From: Carpediemonas membranifera BICM
Lineage: Eukaryota; Protista; Fornicata
Assembly: GCA_019828565.1 (NCBI GenBank)
Contig: JAHDYR010000025.1
Location: 806,001-870,000 of the forward strand
Length of the DNA stretch: 64,000 bases
Direction of reading: 5' to 3'
Numbering within the stretch: the first letter of the stretch is position 1; every line of letters begins with the position of its first letter. The notes beneath the pieces were generated by a model. That model saw nothing but the letters and a program-made list of their open reading frames with translations. It ran no database searches and was not told the origin of the DNA. Made by a program: the position numbers and the translations under genes. Shown piece by piece: positions 10,848-22,600 of this stretch.

Positions 10848-11312
10848 TCATATCTTTATGTACACGATCATGACCTCCCCGGTGCTGTCCTCGACCGTCT
10901 GCACCTCGTACTGCCCTGACATCCGCACGACGTGGACCACGCCCCCGTCGACGACGGCTGAGCCAATCTTCATGGCCGCAACGACATTGTCGATCGCAAT
11001 CTGCTCGTGGAGCGTCGCATCCCACACGCCGAGGCAGCCGAGGTCCTCTATGAGGGCGATGGCGCCGACGGATTTGAAGACGGGAGGGGTTTTGTCGTTC
11101 CAGTCGTCTTCGTGACGAAGCTCCAAACCAATAGGTACCGAGGCGTCCTTTTCATCTTCATTGTCCTCGAATACGATGCTGGCGCGGTACATTCCCTTCT
11201 TGACGCCGCGAATTGAGAGAGTGGTGCTGGAAGAGCCCTCATTCACTGGATCAAAGGTCATTAGATGGCCAGATGTTACCTCAATTGTTCCCACTTGTCT
11301 TGTTTCCATCAC
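10848..11312 (-). CDS. Small beta-rich protein, DUF4241-like (bacterial-type)
   Basis: 154 aa. N-terminal VGTIEVTSGHLMTFDP...VKKGMYRA resembles the G-x-(I/L)-x-V-x-SG-x-(L/I)-x-x-x-DP / GxY pattern of DUF4241 proteins, judged by eye. Confidence 0.55.
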   Translation of the reverse strand: MMETRQVGTIEVTSGHLMTFDPVNEGSSSTTLSIRGVKKGMYRASIVFEDNEDEKDASVPIGLELRHEDDWNDKTPPVFKSVGAIALIEDLGCLGVWDATLHEQIAIDNVVAAMKIGSAVVDGGVVHVVRMSGQYEVQTVEDSTGEVMIVYIKI

Positions 11313-11548
11313 CCGTTGTTGTTCTGCTGAGTTGTCGTGTACAACATGTCAGTTGTCTTCAGAGTCAAGAACGGTCAAACATCGTCATGCAGCCTCAAAA
11401 TATGTGACGTATGCATCGGAGCATCTCAGTCCCGCCCAGTCACGAGAGACCTCTTCCGTCTCAAGGGATGGGTCGACTCTGACGTCAGGGGTTGAACCAC
11501 AAGGCCATAGAATCGCATGGTCTGTATTATTGCCAATATAATCAGTCT

Positions 11549-13306
11549 TTAATCCTGGGTCCATGGGTCAAGGTCGACTGGGATGATCTCTGCCGACCAT
11601 CTGGGTGCCTCGCACTCGACCAACTCGGCCACCCCATCTGACACCGTCTTCGCGTAAAACCACTGGCCGGAGGTGTCACGGAACGAGAGGACGTCGCTGT
11701 CACTAACCCACTGTCCGCCAGCTGCTGTCGTCTCAAAGGGCACACAGAACTGCTTGTCGTTATCGCACAGGTGAGTGCGGCCCTCGGTGACCCAGGCGAG
11801 TGTCAGCTGGTCACAACAGAACTCTTCACAAAGGAACCCCTTGACTCTCTCTCGGAACCGGAGCGGGGTGGCTGTGAGGCACTTGTCGCCCTCGCTGTAC
11901 CCATGCAGCATGCCCGACTGGGCGATATGAGGTGTAACTCGGCCAGCGAAGAGCAGCTGGCGGCCGCTGAGGAAGACGTCGAAATCGAATTCAAAGGCTA
12001 TGATCCGGTCGACCCTGAATGGCAAGTCGACGAATCCAGACATATCATTCTCGTGACCAAGTCCCAGCTGGCCATACCAATTGACACCGCTGATCGCCCA
12101 TTGAGAGGATGACAGTGTTCCATGCATGCATAATGTGATCTGGGACAAAGCCATACGGCACGGCGACTGGGTGGAAGAGGTGGCTGTTCTCCCGCTCGAC
12201 TGGGCCGACATACAAGTTTGAACTCGCACCTGCCACGACGGTGCCGAACGGGGTGAGAATGAACGTCTCATCTTCCTTCAGCGACACATACGTCACCATC
12301 CTGTACTTATCCCAGGCTGGCAGGCTGGCCTCGCGCTCGGCGACCTTCGGGGCAGTTGGTGAAGGGTCGGGTCGACGAACTCATATGACTTGAACCCCAG
12401 CTGACCATAATAGTTCTCCCCCCAGCCCCACAGACCCTTGGGTGTCCTGGCGATGAGGGTGGTCCAGTTGCTGTAGATCTCGAGGGCCCTGGGCATCCTG
12501 GCCCTGGTGAGGGCGGTGTGCTTGGTAGTGACGAGCATGAAGAGTCGGCCCATGTACATGTGGTGGTGGTAGTATCCACTACAGCTGCACTGATATCTCT
12601 CACCGTCCTTCTCGGCGACGTTCAGCGTGAAGAAGAACTTGCGGCAGAGGAACCAGAGGCACTTGGCCTCGGGGGTGAGAGCCTTGCGGATCTTGTTATG
12701 CAAATCGGTTGCGTCTGGGTACATTGCTTGGGATCGTGTCAGCAAGCGGTCTTGTATATCTGGGTTGGCCCCCGCCTCGACGAGTAGGGCCCATATTGTA
12801 CCCTGCAGGAGGGTGAAGATGCGCGGCGGGAGGTCCTCGCCGGGCGCCAGAGGGATGTTCATGCTCAGCTGGGGCCCGCGCGTGAGTATCGCCGTAACCC
12901 TGTTGACAAGGTCGATGGCGCTGCGATGGTGTAGGTCGAGGGCAGCGAGCGCGCTGGCGACTTCATCGGCCGTGGCTGGCTCGGCTTCGCCGTCATCGTC
13001 CGGGATGACCTCGCCGAACTCGTGGGTGAAGGCGCTTCGCATGAGTGTGGGAATGTCGCCGGGAATATTGGCACATTCGATTGGCATGCGGGAGTTAGCA
13101 GTGATAAAAGCGTCGCGCTGGATGCTTCTGCAGCTCATAGACATTGATGAGCGCATTGCGGCGAGACGAGCGCGAGAAGCGTCCATTCTCGCGATTCGGG
13201 CGTCGATCTCCTCATCGAGAAGCATCGTGCCATTCAAACGAGCAATATCGGCATCAATATCGGAGATGTGGACGTCCAGCCGCTGAAGAGCATCCTGAGC
13301 ATCCAT
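11549..13306 (-). pseudogene. RCC1-like family copy 3 (type-A N-terminus; deletions/frameshifts near 12360 and 12095)
   Basis: ORFs 12293..13306, 12045..12299 and 11549..12271 each carry consecutive family segments. An 11-nt deletion between GATC repeats is seen relative to copies 2 and 4. It ends IPVDLDPWTQD*. Confidence 0.85.
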
Positions 13307-13594
13307 CGTATTCGAGAACGACTCGCTTGCAGTCGCCCCCGACTTGGACCATTGGGACGCAGGCCCGTCCAGGCGAGCTCCGAGGCCATAACGTCACAGA
13401 GAAACCCAAGTAACTATATACACTGTCTGTGGTTTGGGGCAAAGCCGCTTCTTCCCAATCATGTTAGCCGGCCCCTCCGAACAGAGATGCGCTCAAAGGA
13501 CTGCGATACGGGACGAATCGGCTCAGTCTGACACTGGTTGACCGAGCGTGAGGGCTCATCAATTGATTTGCCACTGTAGCATGGTCATGCAACG

Positions 13595-14814
13595 ATGATC
13601 AGAAGAGTGGGCCAGTCCATTCAGAACGGCATTCTGTCAGTCGCATTCACCGACATTCAGCTCCGAATGACCTTAGTTACCGTGATTGCCGTTCTTGGGG
13701 CCGCATACGCACTATGGCCCCTTGTACACCTCTCGCAGACACCACATGACACACTTCATGCATCCTGCTTTCGCCGAATTCTCACCGCATCTCAGTGGGC
13801 TTCAGTAATCGTCGCTGTCGTATGTGTCGTTGCTCTATGGACGCTACGCCAAGCACTCGGCCACGCCGCGCCGCGCAGCAGAACAATACTCATAGTCCGC
13901 GGCGATTCCCGCCCGAAGCTCGTCAACAGCGGGTCGGCCGTCTCCCCGCTGAGCCGCTACCTGCCCGAGCTCCTCTGCCGAAAGATCGAAAACCGCCAGG
14001 CGTTGTCCCTGGAGCTTGTGACGTGCGTGTGCCTCATGGTCGACATGGTCAACTTCACAGGCATCACGGACACGATCTCGCGCGACCAGCACCGCGTGAT
14101 GATGAATATCGTGAGTTGATTTGTCAGTTTTGACACAGTTCGTTCGTGTTCGCCCTCCACGCCGCGCTCACCCAGTTTGACCTCATATGTACCGAGATCA
14201 GGCGCTACGGTGGCGTCGTTGACTCATTCCTGGGCGACGGCGTCCTCGCCTACTGGCCTGTCGACTGCGCCTCGGCCGTCGCCGCGCGGGCCGGATACTG
14301 CGCCCTCGGCATTCAGCAGGCCATACAGGGCTTCAACTGGGTGAGCAGTAACCTCCCAAGCATCCGTGCTCGTATCGGGCTGGACATGGGCGCCGTTTCA
14401 GTCGGCACCGTGGGCACGTCGACCTCTGGCACATTTACAATCTTTGGTCGGGCCGCACACACAGCCTGCTGTCTCGAGGCGCTCAACAAGGAGATCGGTA
14501 CAGCAATCCTTCTAACAACAGGCATGGCCGTGCTGCTGCCCGACGCTCTTACCCACAGACCAGTCGGGAGCGCTCGACGGCGAGGCGATTCCCCAATATT
14601 AATCTCCGAGCTGTTGTTGCCTGGTGTGACCTGTGACGCCAGGGACCTGGCCCTGGGCACCGCAGAGGTGGCCGAGCTCGCAGAGGCCGAGTGCTACCAC
14701 GACGCCGTGGTGCGGGCAAGTACTCTGCTGCTCGAGATGCCCGGCGACGTCGTCCTCGGCCACTGGCGGGCTGCCGTGGCACAGCAGCAGATGCCATGCT
14801 GGGATTTGTGTTGA
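13595..14814 (+). CDS. Membrane-anchored class III adenylate/guanylate cyclase-like protein, join(13595..14110,14176..14814)
   Basis: Two TM segments, then VCLMVDMVNFT (first metal Asp). After intron removal it reads MMNI|FDLICTEIRRYGGVVDSFLGDGVLAYW (second Asp), followed by RIGLDMG and FTIFG. The 5' start is uncertain. Confidence 0.8.
14111..14175 (+). other. Spliceosomal intron (65 nt) GTGAGT...GCTCACCCAG
   Basis: Removal joins the two cyclase ORFs in frame, removes an in-frame TGA and restores cyclase-domain spacing. Confidence 0.8.
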
Positions 14815-15020
14815 GCTAGGCTGTCAGTTGAGTTGTTGTTCATTCATATCAAGAGAGAGGCGGGTACGGGTCATACACTTTCTTTCGAGGATATGACTAA
14901 GCATGACACGACGCAGTCGTAGCTGGGTTCTGGATGAGCACGCGAGCGGTTCTTCGAGGCGGCGGTGCACTTTTGACGTAGCGATCGTGTCATTGTCACC
15001 TCGAAGTCATAGAACCGCGA

Positions 15021-16523
15021 ATGAGAATCAACCGCTCATTCCTATACGTTCTTGCGACAGAAGTAATCGATTCCGAGCCTTCAATAGCGGATACAAAGGA
15101 CAGCCAGCATGCAGACGTAGTTTCGAAGATTACGGCCCTTGTGGCGCAGTTACGGTTCGTTGAGGCGCAACAAGCGGCTGTAGAACACGATAGCATGATA
15201 GCTCTCAACTCACAGCTCCTATACAATGCAGCACGCCTTCAGATGCTACTCAAGGTTGCCAATGGAGACAATGCCGGCGCCCTACAAGACATACGCACAG
15301 TCATCCGACCCATCGTCGTCCAGAACCCCGAGAACGCGGAGGACTACAAGGATTTACTTCGTCTCACAGTCTTCCCCCGCTTAGAGGACGCCGACTCCCC
15401 CGTTAAGGCCGCGCTGAACGACACCGGCCGTGAGATGTTCCTCAACACTCTCCGCAACGCTATATCAGCAGACACAGGCGAGGACGATGACCTGCCGCAG
15501 TTATACATTATCATCATCTTCCTCTCTCTCATGCTGCTCAACGCCGCGCCCAGTCTCGACGGGAATTCACTCGAATCCCTGCTCGGCCAACATTTGAACA
15601 CGCTGATCAGGGTACTGCCACCAGAGGCCCTCAGTGTGCGCATACGGAACCGTTTTGCGGACGAGGAAGTGCTGCAAGATGACACCGAGCCGCAGGACAC
15701 GCGGGTCTTCTCCGAACTTCTCAACTGTACCACTGACGCCGCCAATTATGTACTGCAGCGATTCGACGTCGTTGAGGACGCTGTAATGGCGGCCATGTCC
15801 TGCATAAAGGTCGATTGCGTCCGGCTTGCACCCATGATCCACGACTTTGTCGATGACTACGCCGCCACCTCGGGCGTCGTCGTAAGGGCTGGGGAAGACC
15901 CTGCAGGATGGGATTTCGCCGCGATCAAGCTGCTGCCCCTGGGCGAGCTGGCGTTCACTCAGGTCAGCGTGCTAGAGGCGCTAACGATGGCGTCCAAGGG
16001 CGATATTCCGGCAGCAGTGAGGCTTGCCAGGACCATCAACTTCCGGAACGAGGATATCCGGCACCAGCTTGTCACTACTCTCGTCATGGGGCCGGATAGT
16101 GACGTCAAGTCCGCCGCAGACGCCTTTTTCTTCAGAAACCACGAGCTCATGAACGTAGACGCCGTGTCGCAGGCGATCATGAACTGCCAGACCCAGCGCA
16201 GCCACGAGTTCGGCAACACCGAGCTCGAGGAGGCCCTACTCATGCTGTACGACATATGTGCCGGCCCCATACGGACGAACGACGTCCTCAGTGGCATAGC
16301 TGACGACATTGGCCTGCATAACCTGATCGTGGGTGACTTCACCGACTTTGACTCTGCCCTGGGATCCGAGGACATGGAGGAGGGCTCAGAGGCGGAGTCG
16401 CCTGTCGAGGAGTACATCGGGATGCTCCAGAGCGTGCTGTCTGTGTCAAGGGAGCAGGCGCTGGAGCTGCTGAGGGAGTATGGGGACGTGGAGCTTGCTA
16501 TCGACGGGTTCTTCGGCGATTGA
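15021..16523 (+). CDS. CTLH/CRA-like domain protein with C-terminal UBA-like domain
   Basis: LQMLLKVANGDNAGALQDIRT...DLLRLTVFP...DSPVKAALNDTGREMFLNTLRNAI resembles CTLH/CRA of GID-complex subunits. A second similar unit is LEALTMASKGDIPAAVRLART. The C-terminus IGMLQSVLSVSREQALELLREYGDVELAIDGFF is UBA-like. Confidence 0.6.
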   Translation: MRINRSFLYVLATEVIDSEPSIADTKDSQHADVVSKITALVAQLRFVEAQQAAVEHDSMIALNSQLLYNAARLQMLLKVANGDNAGALQDIRTVIRPIVVQNPENAEDYKDLLRLTVFPRLEDADSPVKAALNDTGREMFLNTLRNAISADTGEDDDLPQLYIIIIFLSLMLLNAAPSLDGNSLESLLGQHLNTLIRVLPPEALSVRIRNRFADEEVLQDDTEPQDTRVFSELLNCTTDAANYVLQRFDVVEDAVMAAMSCIKVDCVRLAPMIHDFVDDYAATSGVVVRAGEDPAGWDFAAIKLLPLGELAFTQVSVLEALTMASKGDIPAAVRLARTINFRNEDIRHQLVTTLVMGPDSDVKSAADAFFFRNHELMNVDAVSQAIMNCQTQRSHEFGNTELEEALLMLYDICAGPIRTNDVLSGIADDIGLHNLIVGDFTDFDSALGSEDMEEGSEAESPVEEYIGMLQSVLSVSREQALELLREYGDVELAIDGFFGD

Positions 16524-16673
16524 GTGAGTGACGCAGTCAAAACATTATTTTCGCAAATGGGTTATAAATAGGCTGTCTAAGTGATTGGATGGTGTCCTGG
16601 GTCCCGAGGGGGACCGGGGCAACCGTATACTATTCTTGACATAAACTGCGGGATGAGAAATTGAAAGGAGAGC

Positions 16674-19600
16674 ATGCCGCCGTTAGCGACCACGTTGCCC
16701 GTTGTCGTTGAGTGGCTTCTCAGCAACTCTCTTAATATCATCCATTCCGGCGATGTACGACAGTCTATACGCTCTCTATTCCTAAAAGACGAGGTGAGCA
16801 AGCAAATTCAGGGCTTTGCGAAGTCTACTGAGCCCTCTCATGTCATCATATGCTTTCGTCCGTCCAAAGAGCACGGCGGCGACCGCGCATCATGCCCGAG
16901 GCCCGGCCTGATCGACGTGTACTCCTCCTCGCTCAAGACAACGAAGGCGATCTTCTTCATCAAGCGCGCCCCGCAGCAGTATCTCGACGAGGAAGAAAAC
17001 ATTCAACGTGAGGAGCTCTTCTCGCTCGACCTCTTCTCGTTTGGCGAGATTCATGGCTCCGTCCTTGACGCCTACGAAACTGTGCTACGGGACGTATTCC
17101 TCCCCCTCCTGACAGCCAGGGCGACCGAAGAGTGGGGCAGCACTAGGATATCTCAGCGGAAAGACTTCCTGAAGCTCCTGTCGACCTTCTCGGACTTCCT
17201 CGTTGATTTGCGTCAGTCGACAGCCCACGGCGCCGTTCTCTCGGCCCCTGACACTGTAGTGCACATGCTCGAAGACGCCCAGCGCACCCAGCAGTCCATT
17301 TCCGACGCCGAGGTGATGCGCCACACCGAGAATCTCTGCCGCCGCTGGTGCGACGAGGTCGAGGCCGTGCTCAGAGCCCAGTCGCCTTCGGACTACGGCT
17401 GTGCCAACACCTCCTCTCCACATGCTGAGCTGACGTACTGGCGTGTCCGCGTGGCCCATCTCACGGCCCTCGCACAGCAGCTGCGGAAGCGGGAGTACAG
17501 GGTCGCGGGAAACCTCATTGCGAGAGTCAAACCCCGGTCGGCCAAACGGTGGAAGAACTTGGAGAACAACATCCCCAGCGCGCTCGTGGCGGCCAAGGAG
17601 AACTGCAAGAGCGTCACCTCGCTCGAGCACCACCTGCTTCGACTCAGTGACGCCGACATGTCGCTAGAGGAGCTCCAGGCCAAGTTCTCCCCCTTCTTCA
17701 ACAGCCTGCGCACTCTCATCACGACCACCCGCCTGCTTCCCGTGGCTAGGATAGCAGCTCTCGTCGTCACGGTCGCTGAGCACATTTCCAACCGCGCCGT
17801 CGGCTTCATTGAGGAAACTCTCCGTGCATCCGACGAAGAGCGCGTGACACTCGCGATCCTAGCAAAAGTACGCCCGACGGCAGAGTACAATCTGATCCTC
17901 GACGACCTGTCCCGCGCCTCCTCGACCCTCGAGATGTTCACCCGGCAGTACAGACTTATGCAGGACCAGCTCGTCGCTCACAAGTCCCGCAGCTCGATGG
18001 AGCTCAACAACATCGACGCCGTGATCCAGCTGAGTCGCAGGTTGGAGGCCATTGTCGACGTGATTCTTACCGTGAGACAATACGTCGAGCTCGCCCCCAC
18101 GGGCAAGTGGCAGCTCCAGCTGGCTGTGGAGACTGTGGGGATGAGCGACGAGCTTCTAGCGTGTCATATGAGTAAGTTTGACATGGTTATCGAGTCCTTC
18201 AAGGACTCACTGGATGACCTAAGAAGCTCACTCGTAGACGACCTCGACAGGAGGTTCAGGGCCCTCGTGTCTACTGACTCGCTCAGCACGGACTACATGG
18301 CCAGCTTGAGACTGCTCACCGAACTCGACCGCACCGTGCATACCGAGGAGATCGTCAAGGACGTGCACGGCAAGCTTGTCAGCCTTGCAACCAAGTTCGG
18401 CACCGTCATTGAGTTTACACTCCAGTGCTTCGAGCAGGATAAGAGGAACCCGCCCGTGGTGACAGACGCACCGCCTCTTGCTGGACGAGTGGTGTGGGTC
18501 CGGAAGCTCATTGATCGCATTGAGAGCCTGATGACAATATTCGGCCGGAACGAGACACTTGTCGCTTCTCCGGAGTGCCGGAGAATTATTACGCGATATA
18601 ACGTGGCGATGCGGTCCCTTACTGAATATGAAACCATCCTCCACCAAGCCTGGTTCGACGCCGCGTCCAAGATCACGAGAGACGCCCTCGAGACCCCACT
18701 GCTCACCATCTCCGAGCCAGAAGACGCCGATGACGCCTCAACTCTCCGCAGACCGCGCGTGTCCGTGCTTTCCGTAGCCGTACCAATCTCGGTAATGGTC
18801 CAGATTGCCGAATCCAACACGATGAAGCGCCTAGGCCTGGAAGTACCCCCCACTCTTGACTCGATCGCCCAGTGCGAGACACGGCTCCTTATTCTGCGTC
18901 AAACGATGGACGAGACCGTCCGGGCGTACGAGGAGTCGATGCAGGGCGTCACACCGGTTCTATTCCCTTTCGTAGAGGCGGTGATGAGGCCAGTGGTGGA
19001 CGCCCTGATGCCTGGAGTCACTGGGCTCGTCCGCTGGGCGTCATCAAACACAGATGCCTTCTTCACACGAGTGGACGCCAAGCTCGAGGCCGCGGCACAC
19101 AGTATCGCCGTAGTGAGGGATATCATCGCCGAGGAGGTCCGTCCGGTTCTCCTTGAGGCGGGCAGCACGCCTCTGGACCTCTCAGTGTCCCAGGACGTGT
19201 CCAAAGCAAAGATCAGGCTCGACCAGATCCTTGATAAGCTTGAGACCACACTGATGGCCGCTGATGCCGACCCGGACACCATAGCGGACCTAGTAGAAGT
19301 CATTGAGTACAAGTTCGCCAGTCAGATAAGAGACGCCATGCTCGCTGCAGTCGAGTCATTCACCCGCAGTTTAAGGTCTGTCAATGTGCCCGAGCCTCCA
19401 GTGGCTGATGAAGACGCGGTGGAGACGGACGCGACCTTCCACAAGCATACCACGGCCATCAGTGGCTTCACGGCAGCCCTGACGAAGTTCAAGCCCGCTG
19501 GTCCTGTCGCGTGCAACGTTGGGGTCATGCTATCCCTCGACAGCGTCCACCAGCGGCCTACTCTCGAGGACGCGGCCTCTGTGTTCGTCTCCCGACTCGT

Positions 19601-22600
19601 GTCCCGTATCGTTGAGCTCTGTCCCCATCTTTCAATGCCCATGGTTGACCTTCTTGCCGAGGAGGAGAAGCCCGAGACTTCATGGACCACAATGCCTCGA
19701 GAGACAGACGAAAACAGCGACACGGCATCCAGCATCTACTTCTCAGACGAGCTCGAGGACACACCCCCGGTTATCCTGCGGGATCCTGAGCTATACGACG
19801 CCCTGGCGAGGCTATGGAGCGGACTGGTGGACTACAGCCCCGATGTATGCCGTGTGATTGACGGAACACGCATGTTCAACGTGCTCAAGCTCCCACCCAC
19901 CTCCGAGATCGAGAACGTCGCCTTCGTCGAGAGAAAGATCTCCCAGATCGTCGCCCTGGACACCCTAGCCAGCGAAGTCCCTGTGATCGTCCAGATCGGC
20001 CCCGTAGCTGTCGACCTCGGTCCCGTTATGTCAGCTTTCAAGGCTGAGCGGAAGACCATGCTCGATATACTCTCTCGCCAGACCCGAGACAGTCTTCTCG
20101 GCCAATTGTCGGACCTCAATATGCAGGCGGCACACACCCTTGACGCCCTCGCAGTGGAGCCTGATAACCTCGAGACGCTGCAGACAGTTACAACCGTAGT
20201 GAACCAGGCAATGGGCCTGGCTACCGACTTCAAGGCCTTCTCGGAGGTCGCTTCGTCTACGCTCAGCTTCCTCCAGGCGGTGGGTGTCCCTCTATCACCG
20301 ACAGAGCTCGGACTCGAGCAGACTTGCGCAGACATGAGCAGCAAGATCGCCGTCGCATACGAACAGTGCCGCACCTCCATCGCCAAGTCCCGCACCGCCT
20401 TCCAGCTCCAGCTCGGCGAACGAGTCCGGTCCACCGTTGTCGACTGGATCCAACTCAAGAACGACATTGACTCGACCGGCCCTGGACCGACCTTCGCCCG
20501 GGAGTTGACCAAGGCCGCTGGGCAGGGCGGCGAGGGTCTGTTTGCCGAGGCCCACCCCGAGACATGGGCGGCGCTGTGTGCTGCAGACGCCAGGTGCTGT
20601 TCGTTCATTGTTGGACTCGAGGCGCGCCTGCCCATTGCGGAGACGCTCAACTCTAGTGAGGACGGATTTGGGCTGGCAGTGACAGATTTTACGGACATGG
20701 ATGAGGTACTTGCCGAGTTGAAGGCTGCTAAGGCATGCATCGATCTCTTCTTTGAAACATTCAAGACGCTCAACGCCATTTACAAGAAGCCGTGGAACAC
20801 AGCGGACATGAGCCCCTGCTCCACGCTCAAGGCGAAGGCCGCCAAGCTCCCTGTCCGTCTCCTCCGTGCGTCGCCAATCTTCCAATCACTACACGCCATT
20901 CTCACCAGACACACGGACGTCATCGCCCCCCATATCGCCATGATGGTCGACGCTGGTGTCACGGGGACACACTGGATCGCCCTGGGTAACACAATCGGCG
21001 TTCTCCTACCCACCGTCGACACCACCACCGTAGCCGATGTGTGCAGGATCGAGGCCCTGCCAGGTGCAGAGGAGGCCATACTTGCCACGGTACAGGCGGC
21101 TGAGACGGAGATGACGCTGAGAACGGGCGTCAGGTCCGTGGCTGAGCGATGGGACGCGGAGACACTCACAGTGTCCCAGAGAGACGTCGGGGGGAGGGCG
21201 CTCCTGGCCGTGGATGACGAGTCGCTCGCCAGGATGCTCGCGATGATGGCGACGGATATCACAGATCTCGCAAATATTGCCGTATCCGACTCATCTGTGC
21301 TCGACCGTGCGCTTGTCACGGACTTGACCCACGCACACACGCTTCTTTCCATGATCCAGTCACCCCACAGTAGATTCATCCAGCAAATCTCACTATATCA
21401 CAGAATCTCAAACGATCTTGAATATCTCCGCCCAATATCCAAGATCGACTCCGAGATCCTCGAGCATCCCGCCCTGCCATGGTCCGCATTCCCTTCAACC
21501 GCAGCCAAGGACGTCCTGGCTGCGTACGGCTCGATCGTCGACCTGATTGTGAGTATCTCGCAGCTCCACCACCGTTCAGCGCCCACGGGCCTGCTCTTCG
21601 CCCTCACTGAGCGTTGGCAGCAGCTTTCAGCCCAGTTTGCGGAGGAGAACCTTGCTCACTTCATCTCCCGGGCCACCTTCGCCGTGCCCCAGCTCGCCGG
21701 CCTGTCTTACGACGCCGTCGTCGAGCTCCTGATTCAGCCGTGCACTTTATGGCCAGCATCCACCGTCGCCCGCATAATCCCCCATGCAACCGGCCTGACT
21801 GTCAGAGACGGGGCCATCGTGGCCGTGCAGACTGACACAATCCCCCTGCCCCTACCCAGCCCCATAGTCGTGCCTGACAACACAACCGCCATGGTCTGGC
21901 TGCCGCTGTTGTTTGACGGCGTCAGGTCAGCCCTGCAGATCCATAGGGTGTGCGCTGTTGCGGCCTTTAGCCAGCTTTCGGTGCCTGCTGAGGCTCTGCG
22001 CTATTGTCTTTCACTCAAGCTCGCCCCTGCCGCAGTACTCCTCGGCTTGCTGACCGTATACGATAACGCCATTCCCAAGCTCGTCCAAGAACGCGCCGAC
22101 AGGCCACTCCCCACCCCCACAGCGATTGCCCAGAGCTCTGCTGTCGGCTCGCCCCGCTCCTCAGCCAGCACACTCGGCCTCGGCCTTGCTTCCATGCAGA
22201 AGAAGAGTCGCCGGCCCTCTGTGGCGGGCGAGCGGGCATCGACCAGAGGTAGCGTCCGTGGCAGCATTGTAGCCCCGCCCCCGGTCTTCGAGAAGTCGCC
22301 CGCATTCGCCCAGCTGCTCACAGTGGCTGAGGACTGCTTGCCGTACCGCCAGCTCGTAGGGATAATCAGGTCGAACAACAGGGAAGTCGATAGAGTTATG
22401 TTCAGTCTCATTAACGGCAAGCTCACCGAGCAGGAGGCCATTGCATTGGGTGCTCAGTGCATCATCAGCGCGAGTGCGGAGGTTCTTGTCAACGGCGAGT
22501 CTTTTACGACGGTCGGTGGGGTACAGGAAGATATTATCGAGTCTGTTGAATCTGCAGTAGATGCAATCAAAGCCAAGCCCGTCCCGCTGAGATCTGAAGC

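Noticed and set aside
14111-14138. Shorter intron ending at TGACACAG (14138) or TTGTCAG (14127) in the cyclase gene
   Set aside because: These acceptors give the wrong frame or an immediate stop. Only the 14175 acceptor restores the domain.
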